A stretch of 64,000 nucleotides of DNA from the NCBI GenBank assembly GCA_964016885.1, contig OZ024763.1, forward strand, positions 186,001-250,000, given 5' to 3'. This DNA is from Eledone cirrhosa (lineage: Eukaryota). Position numbers and translations under genes: made by a program. Below are positions 55,201-64,000 of the stretch, one piece after another. The notes below the pieces were generated by a model. The model did no database searches. It saw only the letters and a list, made by a program, of their open reading frames with translations, and was not told where the DNA came from. Position 1 is the first letter of the stretch. Each line of letters begins with the position of its first letter.

Positions 55201-58200
55201 CATATATGGGGTTGTTGGTTGTGACGTAATGTTGACTAGAGATATGGGGTTGTAGGTTATGGCGTAGTGTTGACTACATATATGGGGTTGTTGGTTGTGA
55301 CGTAATGTTGACTACATATATGGGGTTGTTGGTTGTGACGTAATGTTGACCACAGATATGGGGTTGTTGGTAGTGACATAATGTTGACTACAGATATGGG
55401 GTTGTTGGTTGTGATGTAATGTTGACTACAGATATGGAGTTGTTGGTTGTGACGTAATGTTGACTACATATATGGGGTTGTTGGTTATGACGTAATGTTG
55501 ACTACAGATATGGAGTTGTTGGTTGTGACGTAATGTTGACTACAGATATGGAGTTGTTGGTTGTGACGTAATGTTGACTACAGATGTGGGGTTGTTGGTT
55601 GTGACGTAATGTTGACTACAGATATGGGGTTGTTGGTTGTGACGTAATGTTGACTACAGATATGGAGTTGTTGGTTGTGACGTAATGTTGACTACATATA
55701 TGGGGTTGTTGGTTGTGACGTAATGTTGACCACATATATGGGGTTGTTGGTTGTGACGTAATGTTGACTACAGATATGGGGTTGTTGGCTGTGACGTAAT
55801 GTTGACTACATATATGGGGTTGTTGGTTGTGACGTAATGTTGACTACAGATATGGGGTTGTTGGTTGTGACGTAATGTTGACTACAGATATGGGTTGTTG
55901 GTTGTGATGTAATGTTGACTACAGATATGGGTTGTTGGTTGTGATGTAATGTTGACTACAGATATGGGGTTGTTGGTTGTGACGTAATGTTGACTACAGA
56001 TATGGGGTTGTTGGTTGTGACGTAATGTTGACTACATATATGGAGTTGTTGGTTGTGACGTAATGTTGACTACATATATGGGGTTGTTGGTTGTGACGTA
56101 ATGTTGACCACAGATATGGGGTTGTTGGTTGTGACGCAATGTTGACCACATATATGGGGTTGTTGGTTGTGACGTAATGTTGACTACAGATATAGGGTTG
56201 TTGGTTGTGACATAATGTTGACCACAGATATGGGGTTGTTGGTTGTGACGTAATGTTGACCACAGATATGGGGTTGTTGGTTGTGACGTAATGTTGACTA
56301 CAGATATGGGGTTGTTGGTTGTGACGTAATATTGACTACAGATATGGGGTTGTTGGTTGTGACGTAATGTTGACTACAGATATGGGGTTGTTGGTTGTGA
56401 CGTAATGTTGACTACAGATATGGGATTGTTGGCTGTGACGTAATGTTGACCACATATATGGGTTGTTGGTTGTGACGTAATGTTGACTACAGATATGGGT
56501 TGTTGGTTGTGACGTAATGTTGACTACAGATATGGGGTTGTTGGTTGTGACGTAATGTTGACTACAGACATGTGGTTGTTGGTTGTGACGTAATGTTGAC
56601 TACATATATGGGGTTGTTGGTTGTGACGTAATGTTGACTACAGATATGGTGTTGTTGGCTGTGACGTAATGTTGACTACATATATGGGGTTGTTGGTTGT
56701 GACGTAATGTTGACTACAGATATGGGGTTGTTGGTTGTGACGTAATGTTGACTCCATATATGGGGTTGTTGGCTGTGACATAATGTTGACTACAGATATG
56801 GGGTTGTTGGCTGTGACATAATGTTGACTACAGATATGGGATTGTTGGCTGTGACGTAATGTTGACTACAGATATGGGATTGTTGGCTGTGACGTAATGT
56901 TGACCACAGATATGGGGTTGTTGGTTGTGACGTAATGTTGACTACATATATGGGGTTGTTGGCTGTGACGTAATGTTGACTACATATATGGGTTGTTTGT
57001 TGTGACATAATGTTGACTAGAGATATGGGGTTGTTGGCTGTGACGTAATGTTGACTACAGATATGGGGTTGTTGGTTGTGACGTAATGTTGACTACATAT
57101 ATGGGGTTGTTGGTTGTGACGTAATGTTGATTACAGATATGGGTTGTTGGTTGTGACGTAATGTTGACTAGAGATATGGGGTTGTTGGCTGTGACGTAAT
57201 GTTGACTACAGATATGGGGTTGTTGGTTGTGACGTAATGTTGACTACATATATGGGGTTGTTGGTTGTGACGTAATGTTGATTACAGATATGGGTTGTTG
57301 GTTGTGACATAATGTTGACCACAGATATGGGGTTGTTGGTTGTGACATAATGTTGACCACAGTTATGGGGTTGTTGGTTGTGACGTAATGTTGACTACAG
57401 ATATGGGGTTGTTGGTTGTGACGTAATGTTGACTACAGATATGGGGTTGTTGGTTGTGACGTAATGTTGACTACAGATATGGGGTTGTTGGTTGTGACGT
57501 AATGTTGACTACATATATGGGGTTGTTGGCTGTGACGTAATGTTGACTACATATATCGGTTGTTTGTTGTGACATAATGTTGACTAGAGATATGGGGTTG
57601 TTGGCTGTGACGTAATGTTGACTACAGATATGGGGTTGTTGGTTGTGACGTAATGTTGACTACATATATGGGGTTGTTGGTTGTGACGTAATGTTGATTA
57701 CAGATATGGGTTGTTGGTTGTGACGTAATGTTGACCACAGATATGGGGTTGTTGGTTGTGACATAATGTTGACCACAGTTATGGGGTTGTTGGTTGTGAC
57801 GTAATGTTGACTACAGATATGGGGTTGTTGGTTGTGACGTAATGTTGACTACAGATATGGGGTTGTTGGTTGTGACGTAATGTTGACTACAGATATGGGG
57901 TTGTTGGTTGTGACGTAATGTTGACTACAGATATGGGGTTGTTGGTTGTGACGTAATGTTGACTACAGATATGGGGTTGTTGGCTGTGACGTAATGTTGA
58001 CTACATATATGGGGTTGTTGGTTGTGACATAATGTTGACCACAGTTATGGGGTTGTTGGTTGTGACATAATGTTGACCACAGATATGGGGTTGTTGGTTG
58101 TGACGCAATGTTTACCACAGTTATGGGGTTGTTGGCTGTGACGTAATGTTGACTACAGATATGGGGTTGTTGGCTGTGACGTAATGTTGACCATAGATAT

Positions 58201-59055
58201 GGGGTTGTTGGTTGTGACGTAATGTTGACTACAGATATGGGGTTGTTGGTTGTGACGTAATGTTGACTACATATATGGGGTTGTTGGCTGTGACGTAATG
58301 TTGACCACAGATATGGGGTTGTTGGTTGTGACGTAATGTTGACTACAGATATGGGATTGTTGGTTGTGACGTAATGTTGACTACATATATGGGGTTGTTG
58401 GTTGTGACGTAATATTGACTATAGATATGGGGTTGTTGGCTGTGACGTAATGTTGACTACATATATGGGGTTGTTGGTTGTGACATAATGTTGACCACAA
58501 ATATGGGGTTGTTGGTTGTGACGTAATGTTGACTACAGATGTGGGGTTGTTGGCTGTGACGTAATGTTGACCAGAGTTATTGGGTTATTGGTTGTGACGT
58601 AATGTTGACCACAGATATGGGGTTATTGGTTGTGACATAATGTCGACCACAGTTATGGGGTTGTTGGTTGGGACGTAATGTTGACCACAAATATGGGGTT
58701 GTTGGTTGTGACGTAATGTTGACTACAGATGTGGGGTTGTTGGCTGTGACGTAATGTTGACCAGAGTTATTGGGTTATTGGTTGTGACGTAATGTTGACC
58801 ACAGATATGGGGTTATTGGTTGTGACATAATGTCGACCACAGTTATGGGGTTGTTGGTTGTGACGTAATGTTGACCACAGATATGGGTTATTGGTTGTGA
58901 CATAATGTCGACCACAGTTATGGGGTTGTTGGTTGGGACGTAATGTTGACCACAGATAAGGTCTGAGGCTGTTGGTTCTACCATAATACTGACCACAGAT
59001 GTGGTCTGGGGCTGTTCTACCATAATACTGGCCACAGATGTGGTCTGGGGCTGTA
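52235..59055. repeat. 38-bp satellite array (~175 units)
   Basis: Unit gttgtgacgtaatgttgactacagatatggggttgttg; the period is 38 bp (53341 to 53379). Confidence 0.97.
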
Positions 59056-59349
59056 GGTTGTATATTAAGGTAAACTACACTGATATATCATAGTATATTA
59101 TAGAAAATATCACAAGATTATTTGATCTATTGTCTTGATAAATTATGTAAGGTGTTGTGAGTTAGACGGGGGTAGGTTTGGTTGTGGGGTTAAGACTCTA
59201 ACTTTGTAACTATGGTGTACAGGCAGTGCAGGATTTAGGACAATCGAGGGTCTGTGATAGTTAGGTTATGAGGTCCTAAACATTTGACAAATTCATTGTA
59301 AAACAATTTTTGGGGTAGGCAGATAGGTCCTTCAATAAGTGATATTGCT

Positions 59350-62087
59350 GGTGATGTTGATGGTGATGGTGATGGTGATGGCGGTGATGATGGTGGTGGT
59401 GGTGATGATGATGGTGGTGGTGGTGGTGGTGATGATGATGGTGGTGGTGGTGATGATGATGATGATGGTGGTGGTGGTGATGGTAGTGGTGATGATGATG
59501 ATGGTGGTGATGGTGATGGTGGTGGTGATGATGATGATGGTCCTGATGATAATAATGGTGATGATGATGATCATCATCATCATCATCACCATCACACGTC
59601 CATTTTCCCCCCACGAGCATGGGTTAGACAAGTTGTCCTGTTGTGAATAATGCCAGGTCAGGTGACCATGTCTTGCTCATGCAGAACTGATGTTGTGATG
59701 GTTATGATAATGATGATGGTGGTGGTGGTGGTGGTGGTGGTGTTAATGGTGGGGGTGGGGGACAAAGGGACAGCTACCAACTCCCCCTACCAACTATCCA
59801 CCCCCTACCAACAATCCCCACCCCCACATCTCTTGACCCCTTCACAACTCTCTAGTAGTGAAATAATTAACTTCCCTTCATTAAGGGATAAGACAAAGGT
59901 AAATATTCAATTAATCTCTACTTCTCTCTCTCTCTCTCTCTATCTATCTGTCTCTCTTTCTCTCTTTCTCTCTCTCTCTTTTTCTCTGTCTCTCACTTTC
60001 TCTCACTCTCTATCTCTATTTATATATCTTTCACCTTCTCTCACTCTCTCTCTCTTTCTGTCTGTCTTTCACTTTCTGTCTCTCCCTCTCTCTCCCCTCT
60101 CTGTCTCTCCTCCCTCTCTACCCCCTCTCTCTCCCTCTCCTTTTCACCTTCTCTCTCTCTCTCTCTCTCTCTGACCTCAACTCTACCACCACCACCACCA
60201 CCACCACCACTACCACCACCACCACCAACCACTACCACCACCACCACCACAACTACCACCACCACCTCACCACCACCACCATCACCACACCACCACACCA
60301 CCACCACACCGCCACCACCACACCACCACCACACCACCACACCACCACCATCACCATACCACCACCACCTCACCATCACCACCACCACACCACCACCACC
60401 ACCACCACCACCACCACCACCACCACCACCACCACCACACCACCACCACACCACCACCACCGCACCACCACCACACCACCACACCACCACCACCACACCA
60501 CCACCACACCACCACACCACCACCACCACCACACCACCACCACCACCACACCACCACCACACCACCACCACCACCACACCACCACCACACCACCACAACC
60601 ATACCACCACCACCACACCACCACCACACCACCACCACCACCACACCACCACCACCACCACCACACCACCACCACATCACCACCACCACACCACCACCAC
60701 ACCACCACCACCACCATCATATAACACACTAAAGTACCAGAGGCCATATTGGATAGTTCCCAAACAAAATGGTTTTTCTCTTTCACAGAAATGAATGCTT
60801 ATGTTTCCTCCTCACCCCACCACCACCAAACATGTCCTCACCCTCACATCCCCACCCACATATCTATGTCCCCTCCCCACCTCCTACACCACCATGTATT
60901 TGTTTTCAATTTTATTTTATTTTGCTTTTCTTTTTAATCTCTCTCTCTGTGTCTCTCTCTCTCTCGCTCTCTTTCTCTCTCACTCTCTCTCTCTCTCTCT
61001 CTCTCTCTGTTCTCTCTCTCTCTCTCTCACTCTCTCTGTCTCTGTTCTTTCTCTCTTTTTCTTTTTATCTCTCATTCTTTTCCCTCTTCTCTCTCTCTTC
61101 CCCTTTTCTTCTTTCCGCCTCACACTTTCACTCTCTGCTCTCTCATCTCTCTCCCTCACTTATCTTTCCTCTCTCACTCTCTCTTTCTCTCTCTCCTTAT
61201 CTCTCTCGCTCACTTCTTATCTTTCCTCTCTCTTTCTCTCTCTCTCTCTCTCTCTTTATCTATCTCTCCTTATCTCTCTCCCTACCTCTCTCTCATTCTC
61301 TCTTTCCTTCTCTCTTTCCTTTTCTCTCCTTATCTCTCTCCTTATCCCTCTCCTTCACTTCTTATCTTTCCTTTCTCTCTCCTCTTCCCCCCCCCCCCCC
61401 TCCAATGTACTCAATCCACTATAAACCAACTGCTTTTAAAGCTGAGTAATTGATTGGTTTCAGAAATATTTGGGACCAGAACTGTCTACTGAGGGGTTGG
61501 GGATAGGGAGAGGGGAGATAGAGAGGGAGAGAGGAGATAGAGAGGGAGAGGGGAGATAGAGAGGGAGATAGAGAGGGAGAGAGGAGATGGAGGGGGAGGG
61601 GGGAGATATAGAGGGAGAGGGAGAGAGGAGATATATAGAGAGAGGGGGAGAGGGAAAGGGGAGATAGAGAGGGAGAGAGGAGATATATAGAGAGAGGGAG
61701 AGAGGGAGAGGGGAGATAGAGAGGGAGAGAGGAGATAGAGAGGGAGATAGGAGATATATAGAGAGAGGGAGAGAGGGAGAGGGGAGATAGAGAGGGAGAG
61801 AGGAGATAATGATAGAGATAGAGAGGGAGAGAGGAGATAAAGAGAAAGAAAAGAGATAGTGATAGAGAGGGGGAGAGGAGGGAGATTGAGAGGGAGTGAT
61901 TGATGTGAGAGAGAGGGAGAGAGAGACAGAGATAGAGACTGTGAAAGAGGGAGACTTCTAGAGAGAGAGAGGGGGGAAGTGATTTGTGTGTGTGTGATAG
62001 AGAGAGAGAGAGAATGTGTGTGAGAGTGATGTGTATGTGAGAGAGAGAGAGAGAATGTGTGTGTGAGAGAGAGAGACAGAGAGAGAA

Positions 62088-62118
<31 letters not shown>

Positions 62119-63180
62119 ATGTGTATGTGAGAGAGTGAGAGAGAGAGAGAGAGAGAGAGAATGTGTGTGTGAGAGAGAGAGAGAGCGAGAGAGAATGTGT
62201 GAGAGAGTGATGTGTATGTGAGAGAGAGAGAGAGAGAGAATGTGTGTGAGAGAGAGAGAGAGAGCGAGAGAGAATGTATGTGAGAGTGAGAGAGTGAGGG
62301 AAATGATAGGACAGAGACAGAGAGAGAGAGAGAGAGAGAGGAATGAAGTATATGGCAGTGGTGGTGGCAGTGGTAGGTAGGTAGGTAGGGAGGGAGGTAG
62401 GGATGGGGGGGTAGCTAGCTAGGTAGCTAGGTGGGTATGGAGGTATGGAGGTGGGTAGGGGTAGGGAGGGAGGGAGGTACGGATGGGGGGGGGGGTAGGT
62501 AGGGAGGGAGGAGGGGATTATAAGCCACCATCTTGTTTAAATGACCAATTTTCTTGTATTGGAACTGAGTAATTATTTCTTCAAGAAGATAAAGTGGAAC
62601 TCTTCTGTTTCGTGTGTTTAGTTAAATGGTATTTCATTTTATTCTGGCATATTGAGATAATCAGCAGCAGCAGCATTATATTTATAACCATCATCATCAC
62701 CATCACCACCATCATCACCACCACCATCATCATCACCACCACCATCATCATCACCACCACCACCATCATCATCACCACCATCATCATCATCATCATCACC
62801 ACCACCATCATCACCATCATCATCATCATCATCACCATCATCCTCACCACCATCATCATCATCACCATCATCACCATCACCATCATCACCATCATCACCA
62901 CCACCACCATCATCACCACCACCACCATCATCACCACCACCACCATCATCATCACCATCGTCACCATCATCATCACCATCACCCTCATCATCAACATCAT
63001 CACCATCACCATCATCACCATCATCCTCACCACCATCATCATCATCACCACCATCACCATCACCACCATCATCCTCACCCCCACCACCATCATCACCATC
63101 ACCATCACCATCATCATCACCATCATCATCATCACCACCACCATCATCACTACCATCATCATAAACCTCCTCATCATCAT
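59350..63180. repeat. Mixed (GAT/GGT)n, (CT)n, (CAC)n, (GA)n and (CAT)n arrays
   Basis: Visible repeats. Confidence 0.93.
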
Positions 63181-63459
63181 TTAATGGCTGCTGTCCCTGC
63201 TCGCAAGGGTTGGACAGATCTACCCAGACCAAGCCAGAACTGAAGCAGCGCTACTGAAATCCCTGACAGTCCGAGGATCTGTGTCTAACTTCCGTACAGT
63301 CTCACACTGTTCCAGGCTCAGTTACCCACTCTGTATATATACAGAGTGGGTAACTTTATAGTATTTCATGGTGGAATCATTTCTGTTGTATATCGTACAG
63401 TGACCATACTCGATAACGAGGGGGCAGCTATCATATATGTGTGTGTGTGTGTGTGTGTG

Positions 63460-63590
63460 TAAGTTATTCCGGGTTGAATCGGAGATAACCACAGTAAGTA
63501 AGGTACTCAATACATAGCAGAGTATAAAAGTTTTAATATAGAAGAGCTTCTACAGGACTAGAACTGTTTCATATGGAACTCTTCTGTACC
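63460..63590 (-). mobile_element. pLTR remnant with a degenerate hammerhead (43.7-kb family)
   Basis: CAGAAGA-gttccatat-GAAACAG-ttctagtc-CTGTA-gaagct, then tatactct..tattgagtaccttacttac. Confidence 0.7.
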
Positions 63591-63615
63591 TCCATATATA
63601 TATATATATGTATCT

Positions 63616-63887
63616 CTATCTAAGGCGGGTAAAATTCCCGAGATCCATGGACGAGTTCTCTCCAGCGGTCTCTGTCCCTCATTATCGCTGCCATATTCTG
63701 CGTCTCCAACAGACCAGTGTCTGTCCTTAGGGCATCAACATATGTTAACCTTGGTCTTCCTCTTCTAGTGTGTCCATGTAGGGGCTCCCAAAGGAGCACT
63801 GAGTGCAATGTCAACTCTGGATGTCGGTGAGCATGTCCAGCCAACCTCAGTCTCCTCTGTGTCACTTTTGAGCTGACTTTTGGGATA
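63616..63887 (-). mobile_element. RTE/RTEX-like LINE 3' fragment
   Basis: [34 protein letters not shown]. Confidence 0.88.
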
Positions 63888-63892
63888 TATAT

Positions 63893-64000
<108 letters not shown>

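Noticed and set aside
52235-59055. CRISPR-like array
   Set aside because: Contiguous units with no unique spacers, no cas genes, eukaryotic context.
62581-63232. Asp/Gly-rich acidic protein ORF
   Set aside because: (CAT/CAC)n array serving as the expanded tail of an RTE-type repeat.

Overview
Gene-free, repeat-dominated animal DNA; the microsatellite load and SINE/LINE types suggest a coleoid cephalopod such as Octopus, but that is inference. No host protein-coding exon could be supported, and almost all ORFs in the track are translations of simple repeats. The recognisable content is: a 5'-truncated RTE LINE with a PHD finger inside its RT; fragments of RTE, L1/Tx1, CR1/L2, R4/Dong-like, CRE-like and Penelope-like (PLE) retroelements; two tRNA-derived SINE families; piggyBac- and Tc1/mariner-type MITEs; a 60-bp minisatellite; and a 6.8-kb 38-bp satellite. 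The most striking signal is about 15 type I hammerhead ribozyme motifs, plus half-motifs, from at least 6-7 sequence families. They sit in PLE pseudo-LTR remnants, several as long fold-back pairs. One family has a fixed non-canonical core (CAGAAGA with U10.1-U11.1) and lies directly downstream of a PLE ORF C-terminus. All ribozyme folds were parsed by eye and activity is untested.
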